Source of the DNA: an uncultured archaeon
GTDB taxonomy: Archaea > Asgardarchaeota > Thorarchaeia > Thorarchaeales > Thorarchaeaceae
Length of the DNA: 64,000 nt
Reading direction: 5' to 3'
Assembly (NCBI GenBank): GCA_964558645.1
Contig: CAZLEV010000010.1
Coordinates: 68,623-132,622 of the forward strand
Shown here: piece by piece, positions 17,146 to 28,376 of the stretch
How the letters are laid out: each line of letters starts with the position of its first letter
How positions within the stretch are numbered: the first letter of the stretch is position 1
Notes under the pieces: generated by a model
Database searches by the model: none
What the model was told of the DNA's origin: nothing
Seen by the model: the letters and a program-made list of their open reading frames with translations, nothing else
Position numbers and translations under genes: made by a program

Positions 17146-17790
17146 TCATCCCAGATGAGACACGAATAGACCGTTAAGCGTGGCCACCAACCCATCAAGG
17201 ACACTACCGGGTTCCAGCAGATTACCATTGAGGAGATTGCGGTCCGGCGTACCTGCGCCACACATGACAACTATGTGTCCTACGGAGCTTTGCAGGGATA
17301 GAAGAGATATCCAGGTTCCATCTTCGTACACAATATCCAGTGCAAAGCCCATCTGGAGATCAAGATTCTGTATCACGTCTTCAGACGCATAGGTCTGATC
17401 CAGTCCATCATATAATGCTGTGTTAATGGTGTTGACCTCAGCCGAAGAGGCCGTGAACGTTTCAGTAGACTGTGTTACTTCGTAGGGCCCTTCAGAATCA
17501 TCGAGCAGCAGCACCTCCACCCACCATGCACCTGATTCTATAGGAGTGAAAGTGGCTTCCATGAGTTCGGAATAGACGATATCCGAGCTGTTTCCACAGA
17601 TATGCATGTACGCAACGTTCGACTGCTGTTCTTCGATGTATTCACTCAAGTCTGTACCTGCCAATCCACGAACGCCAGTTCCAGTACCCTTACTCTCGGT
17701 TCGCCAAGATAGATACAGCGTGAGTAAGGCGCCCGACAGCACTAAGGCTATCAATATCGCCACAGGCTTTCTACTATCCATCGCTACCAT
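17146..17790 (-). CDS. Hypothetical membrane-anchored protein
   Basis: N-terminal TM helix, acidic extracellular region. Confidence 0.55.
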   Translation of the reverse strand: MVAMDSRKPVAILIALVLSGALLTLYLSWRTESKGTGTGVRGLAGTDLSEYIEEQQSNVAYMHICGNSSDIVYSELMEATFTPIESGAWWVEVLLLDDSEGPYEVTQSTETFTASSAEVNTINTALYDGLDQTYASEDVIQNLDLQMGFALDIVYEDGTWISLLSLQSSVGHIVVMCGAGTPDRNLLNGNLLEPGSVLDGLVATLNGLFVSHLG

Positions 17791-17949
17791 TCCCTACAAT
17801 GTACTGCGTTTCTCATATGAACTCTAGTGACTCAAATCTTTCTATCTCAGCCACAGTCTGTTTGATACTTCTTCTGGATTTATGGCGGCTTTCCTATTCC
17901 TGGGGCCCATCAAGAATCGACATATGCGCTGATGGCCTTCGTGAGCAGT

Positions 17950-19152
17950 CTAGTCCAAGAGACGTTTCTGTCCTTCAATCTTTCTGATATCTGTGATGTC
18001 TTGGGTCACTTCCAGACAACCCAGATACTTACCATTCACATCTCGCACTGCGAGATATCTGATGTAGATCATTCTTCCAGCGATTTCAATCCAGAATACA
18101 GCCGAATCTCGTGAACCCTCTCTGAACTCCTCAAGGATTTGATTGACCATATGAACGCTCTTCTGGGGATGGCACAGCTGTACTTCGCGACCAAGAACGG
18201 CCCTAGATCTGACGAATATCCGCTCTTCTGAACCGCTGAAGTATCGCACCTTATCATCTGCATCAACGAATGTTATGTCGATTGGCAAGGTATTGAGTAT
18301 TGTTTCAAGTGTTGATACGGGCAGAGTGCCTGTCTCAAAGTTGACAATCCCCGACGATACTGTGGGGCTGAGTTCTCCTGGAGTCTTCTCTCTTACTACA
18401 CCTCGCCTGCCGGGAGTGAAGCAGCAATATCCTACCTCGTCGAATTCCTCCATAATGACTTGCCATTCATCGTCAGTGATCACATTCAGAGCTGTTGGAA
18501 AGAGAATGTTGTTCTCTTTGTAGAAGTGACTTGAGAGGGTTTCATGGAGCCGCTGCGCATTCTCTGCAATCCCAACTGAGTTTTCCGTTATACAGCTGTC
18601 CGACTCATCAACAAGCGCATAGATCTCCTTCTCTATGGCCCTGATGCTATCATGTTCCATCCACATGATTGCCGGAGGTTCCTTTACACCATGCTTTTCG
18701 AGATACGGAAACAGCACATTCTCCTCTCGAAGATAATGCTTATCCGAGTCCCTGAAATGGTCGACGAGATGGCGCATTCGAGCGAATCTCCCCTCTGAAA
18801 CCTCGTGTGGACTCTCAGCAATGCTTTGAGCTAACCGAGTCAACTCATCGGCCGAGTCCAGCAGTATTTGATGCTCTTGCTTTAGCGTGTGTATTGGATG
18901 ACCCGTTTCTTCTTCAGAGGTCTGTGTTTCTAGGGACTCGCGGAACACTGCAAGATGGACGTCACATAGTTTTCGAACTTTCTCGCGGGGTAACCCCTCA
19001 CGGATTAGTTCTTCTTCGGCTTTGGAGATGTCTTCAGCTGAGGTAGCGTCAAGAACCTCTGAAAAATCTCTCTTGAGACTCTCTGGATCCTCTCCTCTGT
19101 GAAGCCGCTCTATTATCTCTTTCAAGACTATCTTACTGTCTTTCATCATCAT
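17950..19152 (-). CDS. DUF438 / hemerythrin / PAS domain protein
   Basis: KLCDVH, GHPIHTLKQEH, HYLREENVLFP, MWMEHD; PAS-like LPIDITFVD...CHPQKS. Confidence 0.9.
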   Translation of the reverse strand: MMMKDSKIVLKEIIERLHRGEDPESLKRDFSEVLDATSAEDISKAEEELIREGLPREKVRKLCDVHLAVFRESLETQTSEEETGHPIHTLKQEHQILLDSADELTRLAQSIAESPHEVSEGRFARMRHLVDHFRDSDKHYLREENVLFPYLEKHGVKEPPAIMWMEHDSIRAIEKEIYALVDESDSCITENSVGIAENAQRLHETLSSHFYKENNILFPTALNVITDDEWQVIMEEFDEVGYCCFTPGRRGVVREKTPGELSPTVSSGIVNFETGTLPVSTLETILNTLPIDITFVDADDKVRYFSGSEERIFVRSRAVLGREVQLCHPQKSVHMVNQILEEFREGSRDSAVFWIEIAGRMIYIRYLAVRDVNGKYLGCLEVTQDITDIRKIEGQKRLLD

Positions 19153-19228
19153 TCAAGCACATTGAGGTTATCTACTATAATAAGTATAATAGTTACCATC
19201 AAGATAGTATGGATATGAGGTTCTTTTG

Positions 19229-19693
19229 CTACTTGCTTACAAGCTCCTCATCGTCTGCTCGCCATGAAGGATAGACAACGCAAAGAAAAGCGAGATTCTG
19301 TTCTCCAGTGTTCTCGATATACTGGGTTGCACCTGGCGGCACATAGACAGCATCTAGGGGGCCCACTTCAACAGACTCCCTATCCACATGCATGACGCCT
19401 TCTCCTTGTAGGATACAGTAGACCTCTGAGGACGTCTTCAGTACATGAGGTGCCGAGCTCTCTCCCTTTTTCACCATCGCGTGTGCAATGCTATATTCAA
19501 GATGAAGCTCCTTCTCCTCATGTCTTGGATTCAATATCTCGCGAAGAATCGTATCATCGATGGCAACGATCTCCTCGCATTCATCAAAATGCTTGACAAA
19601 CAAGTCTCTACCTCTTGTGTATATCCACTCTGCAATATTATTGCCTTTCCATATCTTTGTTCCCATGCTAAGATCTCGTGACGAGATACACAA
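19229..19693 (-). CDS. Cupin domain protein (true start uncertain, probably downstream)
   Basis: PHVL...EVYCILQGEG...YVPPG...IENTG. Confidence 0.8.
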   Translation of the reverse strand: MCISSRDLSMGTKIWKGNNIAEWIYTRGRDLFVKHFDECEEIVAIDDTILREILNPRHEEKELHLEYSIAHAMVKKGESSAPHVLKTSSEVYCILQGEGVMHVDRESVEVGPLDAVYVPPGATQYIENTGEQNLAFLCVVYPSWRADDEELVSK

Positions 19694-20594
19694 ATGCCAT
19701 GATACTGGCGACTATTCCCACAGAGTATCCTAAGTCAAAGTACAGAGTCATTGTGGGTACTTCAAGATGGAAATACATCAAGGTACGAAAGACGATGATT
19801 GCGACGGTGATGAGAACAAGCAGTACACGTTCTGAGTCTCTCAGATGTGCTTCGTGGAGTGAGAGCGTCCGCAACCAGAGTACAAATGCAACAAGGGCAA
19901 GAGGTGGGAGGGGAATGAGTACGAAACAAAGCGGGAGCAGCAAGAGCCCGCTTAGCTGACTTCTCCAGATAGCCAGCGTTTCTCCGTATTTCTCAAATTC
20001 TCTCGCCTCAATCTTGCCGTATTCCCCCCAGACACGTCTCTGATAGGTCTTCCATATGGAAAACTTGGCATTGCTTAGTAACGCCTTCTTCATCTCAAGA
20101 GAACTCTTTTGATATTCGGGCACATAGGCGTTCCTGATGGCCGGTACAACATACACCAACAGCATAAGCGACCAGATTCCATACAACGCAATCAGGTCTT
20201 CCAAGGGACTAAGATCCGCATCGAGATACAGAATCCCGTAGATTCTGTAGATGGCGTATCCTGCAATTGCAACACCTATAATCGCAACAAGTCCTTTCAG
20301 AACAGCTGCTCTTCTTTCGTTGCCTCTTACAAATTCCGATGTTAAGTTGAAGATAAGGGTAGAAACCGATGCATACGTGAGCATGATGCCTATCCCGCTC
20401 AACAAACGCATGGTGATTCCTGAAATCATGAAGGGAATAGTAAGGATGTCAAGCTGGAAGAAAGTGAGCAGGTCTGGACCCTGAGTGACGAGAATGACAA
20501 CAAAGACGACTAGACCGAGGATAAATGGCAGTAGATAACTGACAAGCGGTCGTCTGGCCACCTTTTTCCCAAATAGCACGATTATGCCACTCAT
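19668..20594 (-). CDS. Hypothetical polytopic membrane protein
   Basis: Long ORF with about 7 TM segments. Confidence 0.6.
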   Translation of the reverse strand: MSGIIVLFGKKVARRPLVSYLLPFILGLVVFVVILVTQGPDLLTFFQLDILTIPFMISGITMRLLSGIGIMLTYASVSTLIFNLTSEFVRGNERRAAVLKGLVAIIGVAIAGYAIYRIYGILYLDADLSPLEDLIALYGIWSLMLLVYVVPAIRNAYVPEYQKSSLEMKKALLSNAKFSIWKTYQRRVWGEYGKIEAREFEKYGETLAIWRSQLSGLLLLPLCFVLIPLPPLALVAFVLWLRTLSLHEAHLRDSERVLLVLITVAIIVFRTLMYFHLEVPTMTLYFDLGYSVGIVASIMAFVYLVTRS

Positions 20595-20682
20595 CTATAC
20601 CACAGACACAGAAGGCCCACATGCCTTATGACTATGCCGTTGGCGATTCGTCTGGACACATCCGTCTTGTGTTTCAGGCAGT

Positions 20683-21693
20683 CTACTCAGAAGTCCTTGT
20701 CTTCCGTTTCCACATCCAATATGTAGGTATCAAAAGCCCCAATATTGCGAGATTGAGTATTGTGAAGCTAAGCACGCCTACCTGTACAATACTTCCCCAA
20801 CCAGTTGCAGCTGCAAGTAGTCGATTCACTTGGGTGCCTACTCTACTCAGTATAACCACAAGGATCAGGCTGATCGATTTGAGCGGGCCAGGGGACGCAT
20901 TTTCCACCTTCGCCACAGTGGTTGAGAGTCCGTATATAAGCAGGATGAACTGAATTGCCATATCAAGAAGGGTGAACTGGGGGTCTGAAACGCTTACGAG
21001 CCTGAAGGTGTAGTAGAGTCCCAACCCGAAGAGAACTAGTGTCATCAACGTGGTCTGTTTCGGTCCCTTATTCTTCTCTCTCAGATAGACAGTCAGAATC
21101 GGAAGAATGACAATTCCTAACGGAAACATCAGCAAGACAATCTGTTGTTCGAAAAGAAGGACATCAAGACCAACATACATGTACAGATAGCCAAAGATCA
21201 TCACATCTATGACAAGGAAGATGACAAACAAGAGCCACTGCAGCCCCTTCTTTCCATCAAGAGCTTCAGACACTTTGCTTCCCAGGTTCCACCCCACTAG
21301 TACGGTGAAATATGCAGTAATGACCGCGTCCAAGAAGGTGAGCCCTGCTCCTACAACTGGTCCAATAATGGCTGATGCCCCTCCCAATATCATGAAGACC
21401 AGCACCATGATGACGCATAGAATCACTTGATTTCTCAGCTGGTTCTCTCCCTCGAAGAAGACGGTACGCCCGCTCTCTGTCAGGGATGATCCTATCAGAA
21501 CGATGACGAAGTACTGGAAAGACACCACGACAGATATCCCAAGTCCTTGGACTGGGTCTGTGATGTCAGGAGTCAGTGATCCCTGTAGTACAATCCATGA
21601 TGCAATTATCGCTGTTGCTGCCATAGACAGAACGAAACTAAGATTATACCAGGTCTTTGTGATCAGAATCTTGAGGCCTTCTGTGAAACGCAT
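20683..21693 (-). CDS. Hypothetical polytopic membrane protein
   Basis: About 10 TM segments. Confidence 0.6.
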   Translation of the reverse strand: MRFTEGLKILITKTWYNLSFVLSMAATAIIASWIVLQGSLTPDITDPVQGLGISVVVSFQYFVIVLIGSSLTESGRTVFFEGENQLRNQVILCVIMVLVFMILGGASAIIGPVVGAGLTFLDAVITAYFTVLVGWNLGSKVSEALDGKKGLQWLLFVIFLVIDVMIFGYLYMYVGLDVLLFEQQIVLLMFPLGIVILPILTVYLREKNKGPKQTTLMTLVLFGLGLYYTFRLVSVSDPQFTLLDMAIQFILLIYGLSTTVAKVENASPGPLKSISLILVVILSRVGTQVNRLLAAATGWGSIVQVGVLSFTILNLAILGLLIPTYWMWKRKTRTSE

Positions 21694-21815
21694 CTGCTTC
21701 TTCTCCGGAGTGGCAATAGGTCTGCTCTTCGTGCATCCCCGATATAATCTTACTCGGCCTGTATCCCCGGCAGATACCCTATCTTATATAACGATGAACT
21801 ATAATTAAGTGAAGC

Positions 21816-22619
21816 ATGGCTTACACGAAGATACCGCGCATTGGATTAGGAACTTGGCAAAACACTGACCCCAAGGAGTGCCCGAGGACAGTTGCCAAGG
21901 CCCTGGAGATGGGTTATCGCATGGTAGACACCGCTCAGTTCTACAGAAACGAAGAGCTAGTGGGAAAGGGTATCAAGATGGCGGATGTTCCCCGCGAGGA
22001 GATTCATCTTGCAACGAAACTTTGGCATAGCGACCTAGCCTCTGATGATGTTCGAGACAGCACACAGGCCAGCTTAGACCGTCTAGGTGTTGACTTCGTT
22101 GATCTCATCTATGTCCACTGGCCTGCAGTGTCGTATGATGCATCTGATACACTCCCTGCTCTTGCCGACCTCGTTGATGAGGGGCTAACCCAAGGTGTTG
22201 CTGTAAGCAATTTCACACCAGAATTGATGGAAGAGGCTCGGAGAGAGTGCCCCAGACCAATTGTAGCAGACCAAGTTGAGATGCACCCACTCCTCAGACA
22301 AGAGGAACTACATGACTATCTCGTGAAGCACGATGTATGGCTCGTTGCCTACTCTCCTTTAGCCCGAGGACAAGTAATGGACCTTCCGGAACTGACAGAG
22401 ATAGCAGACAAACACGACATCACTGAGGCGCAAGTCAGTCTCGCATGGCTTCTAAGCAAGGAGATGGTCACACCCATCCCCAAAGCAACCAGTGAGAGTC
22501 ACCTGCGTCAGAACATAGAGGCACTAGACGTCTCTCTAGATCCCGAGGACATCGAGATAATCGACTCATTAGGCCATTCCGATCGCATGATTGACCCCGC
22601 TTTTGCTCCTGACTGGTAG
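21816..22619 (+). CDS. Aldo/keto reductase
   Basis: GLGTW, DTAQFY, ATKLW, VHWP, SNF, AYSPL, IPKA. Confidence 0.95.
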   Translation: MAYTKIPRIGLGTWQNTDPKECPRTVAKALEMGYRMVDTAQFYRNEELVGKGIKMADVPREEIHLATKLWHSDLASDDVRDSTQASLDRLGVDFVDLIYVHWPAVSYDASDTLPALADLVDEGLTQGVAVSNFTPELMEEARRECPRPIVADQVEMHPLLRQEELHDYLVKHDVWLVAYSPLARGQVMDLPELTEIADKHDITEAQVSLAWLLSKEMVTPIPKATSESHLRQNIEALDVSLDPEDIEIIDSLGHSDRMIDPAFAPDW

Positions 22620-22631
22620 CCGAAAGTCTAC

Positions 22632-23849
22632 CTAGAAGTCTGGCGGTTCCATGTTGACCCACTTTGGCGTGCTTTCCATAGCTGGATCATATCCATCGAG
22701 GACATGGCGTGCGAGAATCAGTCGCTGAATCTCGCTCGTGCCTTCGTAGATCTGGTAGAGCTTTGCATCTCTAAAGAACTTCTCGAGAGGGTACTGATCA
22801 ATATATCCGTATCCTCCGTGGATTTGAAGAGTCTCACTTGCAATCCACATTGCGGCATCCGTGGCAAAGGCCTTTGCTACACTGGCAGGGACTGTTGAAT
22901 CTCCCGACGTATCTGCCTCCCACGCAGCTCTGAGGTAGAGCAGTCGTGACGCCTCTATCTTCATATACATCTCTGCGAGTTTGAACTGGATTGCCTCAAA
23001 CTCTCGTAGCTTCTTGGTGAAGGCCTCTCGTTTGTTCACATATTCTCTGGCGTATTCCATGGCGGCTCGTGCCAGACCTGTGGCGAAGGCACCAATTGCA
23101 GGCCTCGTCATAGCGAAAGTTGACATAGCAATCAGGAAGCCCATCCCTTCTCCGCCCAGGATGTTCTCTTCAGGGACTTCGACATCTCTCAGAACGACAG
23201 ACGAAGTTGAAGACGCTCTATGCCCCATCTTCTCAACAGGCCGGCCTGTCCTCAGACCCGAACTGTCTGCTTCAACAATGAACGCACACAGTGCCTTGTG
23301 TCTCTGACTGGGATCTAAGCTCGCAAACACCGTAAAGTAGTCAGCATAGGGTGCATTCGTAATCCAGAACTTGCTTCCATTCAGGACATAGTGGTCGCCC
23401 TTTTTCTCTGCTCGTGTCTTGATACCGGCGACATCGCTCCCCATTCCCGGCTCTGAGCAAGCAAAAGATATGAATCTCAAATCCTCCGTCAAAGGTCGCA
23501 GGTACTTCTCCTTCTGTTCCTCATTTCCAGCCACAAGAATCGGTTCTGCACCAAGGCTGTTTACATAGATGCTCGTGGTCATTCCTGCACATCCAGCAGC
23601 CATCTCCTCTACAACAATGCACTGTTCCAATGCCCCGAGTCCCGGGCCACCATAGTCCTCAGGTATTCCAAGATTCATAAGTCCCTCATCCCAACACTTC
23701 TGTATGATAGGCCGTGGGAACTCACCAGTCTTGTCGTAGTAATGTGCGTAGGGAAGCATGTACTCTTGGGCAAACTGCCGTGCACGATTTCTTAGCTCGA
23801 TCTGTTCATCGGTTAGGGAAAAATCAATCATCTTCTCGTCCTCTTGCAT
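22632..23849 (-). CDS. Acyl-CoA dehydrogenase
   Basis: SEPGMGSD, NGSKFWIT, QIHGGYGY, IYEGTSEIQ. Confidence 0.95.
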   Translation of the reverse strand: MQEDEKMIDFSLTDEQIELRNRARQFAQEYMLPYAHYYDKTGEFPRPIIQKCWDEGLMNLGIPEDYGGPGLGALEQCIVVEEMAAGCAGMTTSIYVNSLGAEPILVAGNEEQKEKYLRPLTEDLRFISFACSEPGMGSDVAGIKTRAEKKGDHYVLNGSKFWITNAPYADYFTVFASLDPSQRHKALCAFIVEADSSGLRTGRPVEKMGHRASSTSSVVLRDVEVPEENILGGEGMGFLIAMSTFAMTRPAIGAFATGLARAAMEYAREYVNKREAFTKKLREFEAIQFKLAEMYMKIEASRLLYLRAAWEADTSGDSTVPASVAKAFATDAAMWIASETLQIHGGYGYIDQYPLEKFFRDAKLYQIYEGTSEIQRLILARHVLDGYDPAMESTPKWVNMEPPDF

Positions 23850-23942
23850 GGTAGGATGTGGTATCCAACTCGTACCATGCTATATGTCCGTTTTGACCCA
23901 GCAGTGTACACGACACTGTACACTCTATCGACATCTGGTCTG

Positions 23943-26231
23943 CTAAATGATGCCCGCCTTGATTTGCTTAACAACCTCGGGCAGGTTCCACTTCAGTTCA
24001 AGTTCCAACGCACCATCTTCGGGCCCAGGACATCTACGTACACATGTTCGACAGGCGACACAGAGCCAGAGGTCAACCTCCACGGTGCCAAATCCCGGTT
24101 TGTCTTCATCCAGTACAATCTTCTGTGTAGGCTTATCCTTGGCCAGTCCACGGATTGTACGGTAGAATATCCCTCGGTTGACCGGGAAACTATCGATTGC
24201 CTCATCAGAGAAATCGAAGAAGGCAGGGGCATCTATGACCGGTTTGAGCGTGATTGCGTCCTCGGGGCAGGCAATCTCGCATGATTTGCAGCCAAGACAC
24301 TTTGATTGCTCCCATCTTACCGTTCCAAATCCTAGAAGAGGCGCGTACCCCATCTGTGACCTATATTCCTCCAAGACGGAAGGAACATCCACATCCAGCA
24401 GATCTTCGATAGTGACCTTGGGTCGGGTACTCGGTATCTTGGCACGTGTTCGATATGTCATAACGACTGCGGACTTCACCTTGTCCTCGACGGTATCAAG
24501 AAGACACTCCGCAATTACCGTTCCACCAATGTCTATCTTCTCCATCTTATCCCGTGCCTTGGAAAAGGTCTCAAGCGAATTAGCAAGATTTCCAATATCT
24601 TCAGGCTTCAAGTCTTCGAGGATGGATTCAATCTCATTCTTTGCAGTGACCAATAGCTTTGCTTGTTCACATGCCGTTCGCACCACAATCTCTGCCTTTG
24701 TGGGCGTCCTTGGGACATCATAGAGAACATATCCGTGTTCCTCCCCGGCAAGGGTGAGGAGTTCGTCACGCTTCATCCTGAGAAGATGCTGAAAGACTCT
24801 ATCTTGAGGAATACTGGTTCTCTCGGCTAACTCTTTGGCACTCATGGCACCAAGTTCACGTATCAAGATGAGGATCGTCCCTCTCTCAAGCTCATTACTG
24901 AGATAGCTGTCCATGATTTGTTTGTATCTCTCCGGGTCCAGCTTCTCCCCGTAGACATTGGTACTCTCTACGAGATTGGGCCCCTTCTCTAAGGCAATCT
25001 TCAATCGAAATCGAGCAAATGCTTCAAGACCTGCAGAAACCAGCAGTCTAAGCTCTTCAGCCTCAGTGTCATCAGTTCTCGTTAGAATACCCTGTGTAGC
25101 ACTGTCAGCAATTCCTCTTGTCTTGCTAAGCAATTCTGCAAGATCTGTTTCATCGTACTGCCCAAGCTTCTGCAGTCTTTCGAGTCCCAGTTCAAATTCT
25201 TCAAGAGAAGAAACGACCAGTTCCTTATTCTTCCCCTCCAATGAGCGTGAGATACCACGTAACTGCTGAACGACTCTCTTCAACACCATGGTGCCTTCTG
25301 GAATGGTTTCGAAGACTCTAGCAAAGACAGGTGCATTATCATCAAGGCCCACCATCTCCACGTCACCTCGCTGAATCATGCTCACAATGCTTCTCTGAAT
25401 GATATCTGGCTCTACGCCAACTAACTCCGCGAGTTCGGGCACAGTCTTTGAACCCATGTGGGTCAGTATGAAATATATGACTCCTCGATACAGCTCAACC
25501 ATGACATTCTGTTGAAGAAGATAGTCAAACCTCTCCTCGTCTATTCTTTCCTCTCGTTTCGCTCTCTTCACCTGTGCTGCAGTCCTGAGGAAGTTTCCAT
25601 ATCGCGTCTTAGTACCAAGTTTCTGTAGTCGGGCCAGAGTTTCATCAGGCTCCTCTTTCACAAGGTCTCTGGCATCTTGGATTCCCTGCCGTAACTCTTT
25701 CAAATCCTGTTCTGCAGTCTTTGCATCTTCATCCGCACTCTCCTCATACCCCCTGATTACTTCGGTTATGCGATTGGCTAGTTCGGGCAAAGGCGCGAGA
25801 ATATCCCTCAGTTCAACTTCTTCTGCTTCATCTTCCTTCCTTGGCTTCTTAGTAAGCAAGTCAAGTCTAATTCTCAGAAGGTTCAAGAGGCCCTTCAGAG
25901 AGTCAATATTTCCCTTTTCGACTGCCTCTTCGAGATCATCAATTGCCCCCTCCAGAAGCCCTCTGTCGGAAACGTTTTCGAGGAGGCTTGCCTTTTCAAC
26001 GGCTGTTAGGAACTCACCGAAGTACTTCTCTGGAAAAGCAAGTATCTCCTCTGTTAGGGGACCTATCTGTTCCTTTAACAGTTCGAGTTCTTCATTGACT
26101 CGGCTTAGAGGTATAGCTGACTCTTCTTTTAGACCTCCAAGGATCATAATCATATCCATCATTCGTCTTCGCTTGGGTGCCATATCACGCTCTGCTGCAA
26201 TCGGTTCAGTCATTTGCTCGCCTCCATCCAT
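23943..26231 (-). CDS. Coiled-coil protein with two wHTH-like domains and a C-terminal 2x[4Fe-4S] ferredoxin
   Basis: TVPELAELVG and SAKELAERTS HTH-like segments; CLGCKSCEIACP and CVACRTCVRRCP; overlaps the hdrA-mvhD stop. Confidence 0.7.
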   Translation of the reverse strand: MDGGEQMTEPIAAERDMAPKRRRMMDMIMILGGLKEESAIPLSRVNEELELLKEQIGPLTEEILAFPEKYFGEFLTAVEKASLLENVSDRGLLEGAIDDLEEAVEKGNIDSLKGLLNLLRIRLDLLTKKPRKEDEAEEVELRDILAPLPELANRITEVIRGYEESADEDAKTAEQDLKELRQGIQDARDLVKEEPDETLARLQKLGTKTRYGNFLRTAAQVKRAKREERIDEERFDYLLQQNVMVELYRGVIYFILTHMGSKTVPELAELVGVEPDIIQRSIVSMIQRGDVEMVGLDDNAPVFARVFETIPEGTMVLKRVVQQLRGISRSLEGKNKELVVSSLEEFELGLERLQKLGQYDETDLAELLSKTRGIADSATQGILTRTDDTEAEELRLLVSAGLEAFARFRLKIALEKGPNLVESTNVYGEKLDPERYKQIMDSYLSNELERGTILILIRELGAMSAKELAERTSIPQDRVFQHLLRMKRDELLTLAGEEHGYVLYDVPRTPTKAEIVVRTACEQAKLLVTAKNEIESILEDLKPEDIGNLANSLETFSKARDKMEKIDIGGTVIAECLLDTVEDKVKSAVVMTYRTRAKIPSTRPKVTIEDLLDVDVPSVLEEYRSQMGYAPLLGFGTVRWEQSKCLGCKSCEIACPEDAITLKPVIDAPAFFDFSDEAIDSFPVNRGIFYRTIRGLAKDKPTQKIVLDEDKPGFGTVEVDLWLCVACRTCVRRCPGPEDGALELELKWNLPEVVKQIKAGII

Positions 26232-28372
26232 TTGCCAGCAGTCCCTTCATGCACCGGAGTCGGCCCAAGCTCTTTTGCTCGTCTTACCATTTCATCTATG
26301 GCTTCTGTGAAACGCTCAGGTTCAGCACTGTACATTCTGAACATATCAACTCGTTCGCCTTTCCAGCCAATTGCATTCAGGATATCGCGGGCGACATCAA
26401 TCTGGGCCTGAGCAATTTCATTTCCTGTCCCTCCCATGTGGCATCGGTCAGTTTCGCAAGATGCAATCATCACTGTGCTTGCTCCGTGTTCGAATCCCTT
26501 GAGTATATCGATGATGCTCACTCTTCCTGCACATGGAACGGGAACAAATCGCGTACTTGCTGGATACTTCATTTTTCGCGTCCCAACAATATCTATGGTT
26601 GACACTGCACACTCTTCACAATGGAAACAAAGTGTGATTGGATTGTCTGCTCCGGCTCCCTCTAGAGAGGCCTCAATCTGAGCCCAGAGCTGCTCATTGG
26701 TCAGGAAGTTGAGTTGGGTTGCTGCTGAGGGACAAAGGCTCTGGCAGACACCACAGGCATGGCAGTTGAGTGTGTCAATGGCCGCCTTGAACTCCAACTT
26801 CTCATCTTCGTCCTCTGGGTTCTCGGTCTCCTCAATCATCAAAGGCACGCCACGAGGGCACTGTTGCGCACACAATGAACATCCCACACAGTCTTCTACA
26901 TTCAGAACCGCGCCCCGAGCTAGCTTCGTGATTCTTCCCCCTTGAAGTTCATTGTGAATCACGAGGGCACCTGCTTGCGCATCTGTCACTGCTTCGAAGA
27001 CAAACTGAGGTCTGGTGACTCCACCCACAGCAACAACTCCTCTTCTTCGCGTTTCTAACCTCCGCAGCTTACCATACAGCTCCTTGACATGACCATCTTC
27101 TTCGATATCAAAGCCAAGGGTTTCTGAGAGTTCGTTCAGGCCTTCAGAGGGAAGTACGGCGGATGAGAGCACAAGAAGGTCAGGTGTAAGCTCTAGATAC
27201 TTGTTGAGAAGAGAGTCGTATACCTTGACATGGGTCTGCGTATCTTCTTCCCAGACCATGCTGACTCTCCCTCTGATATAGTCCACCCCCTTTTCTCGAG
27301 ACTCTTTGTAGATCATCTCATTCTCAAAGGGAACCCGGATATCCATATAGACAACTCTGACTCGTACCTCGGAGTCCCTCTTGAGAACCTCGAGGGCGTT
27401 GTCTATAGCAAAGGTACAGCAGAGCTTGCTGCAATCGCGTTTATAGTCCTCTGCCCTACTGCCCACACATTGTACCATCACGATCTCCTTGATGGGTCCA
27501 CCATCAGAGGGCCTGTTCAGCTCTCCTTCGGAGAGCATGCAGGATAGTTCAAACTGAGTCAGAACATCTGGATTCTTACCATACCTGTATTCATCCAACT
27601 CTGTTGGCTTGAACTCTCTGAAGCCAGTGGCCATCACAATGCCGGACGTCTGTAGGTCATTCTCCGCCCCATCCGCATCAATATAATGAATTGTGAAGTT
27701 GCCCATCTCTCCATCAAAGAACTTTACGGTAGCGTCTAGGTGGACATCGATACTAACATCCTTCTTGATAGATTCCAGTCTACCGCTGAGTACCTCCGTT
27801 CCTGACTTGCCCGTTGGGGCCACAACAGGCAGATGAATCACATGCCCTCCCAATTCGCTCTCTCTCTCAAGAAGAGTGACCTTGTAGCCCAAATTGGATA
27901 GACTCAATGCAGACTCGATGCCCGCAATGCCTCCACCAATGACCGTTACGTGGCTTGCGACTTCCTTTGTTTCATTCAAGACCGGCTCTGAGAGGTTGGC
28001 AAGTTTCACTGCACCCTTGATCATCGCCAATGATTTCTCTGTCGCCTCTTTGGTATCATCATGGACCCATGCTGAGTGCTCTCGAATATTCACATATTGT
28101 ATCTGTGATGAATCAATCCCCTCATCTCTCAAGTAGTTGTCAATCCGTACCCTGATTTTCTGGCTGGTACAGGCTGCAATGACCAGACGCCCCTGACTTG
28201 CTGCAACAAGATTCTTGATTACGTCCAGCCCCTCATCCTGGCATACGGTACCATGGATTGCTACCGATTTGACCCCCTCATACTGTGAGAGCTCTCTGTC
28301 TAGCAGGTCATAGTCAAGCGACAGGGTATCTCCACATGTACAGAGTAGCACGGGGGATTCATTCTCACTCAC
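26210..28372 (-). CDS. hdrA: HdrA-like flavoprotein fused to MvhD
   Basis: N-terminal CTCG..C..AACT..NIREH; GGGIAG; QCVGSR...CSKLCC; two ferredoxin motifs; C-terminal MvhD (VPCAGR, CETDRCH). Confidence 0.9.
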   Translation of the reverse strand: MSENESPVLLCTCGDTLSLDYDLLDRELSQYEGVKSVAIHGTVCQDEGLDVIKNLVAASQGRLVIAACTSQKIRVRIDNYLRDEGIDSSQIQYVNIREHSAWVHDDTKEATEKSLAMIKGAVKLANLSEPVLNETKEVASHVTVIGGGIAGIESALSLSNLGYKVTLLERESELGGHVIHLPVVAPTGKSGTEVLSGRLESIKKDVSIDVHLDATVKFFDGEMGNFTIHYIDADGAENDLQTSGIVMATGFREFKPTELDEYRYGKNPDVLTQFELSCMLSEGELNRPSDGGPIKEIVMVQCVGSRAEDYKRDCSKLCCTFAIDNALEVLKRDSEVRVRVVYMDIRVPFENEMIYKESREKGVDYIRGRVSMVWEEDTQTHVKVYDSLLNKYLELTPDLLVLSSAVLPSEGLNELSETLGFDIEEDGHVKELYGKLRRLETRRRGVVAVGGVTRPQFVFEAVTDAQAGALVIHNELQGGRITKLARGAVLNVEDCVGCSLCAQQCPRGVPLMIEETENPEDEDEKLEFKAAIDTLNCHACGVCQSLCPSAATQLNFLTNEQLWAQIEASLEGAGADNPITLCFHCEECAVSTIDIVGTRKMKYPASTRFVPVPCAGRVSIIDILKGFEHGASTVMIASCETDRCHMGGTGNEIAQAQIDVARDILNAIGWKGERVDMFRMYSAEPERFTEAIDEMVRRAKELGPTPVHEGTAGKWMEASK

Positions 28373-28376
28373 ATGA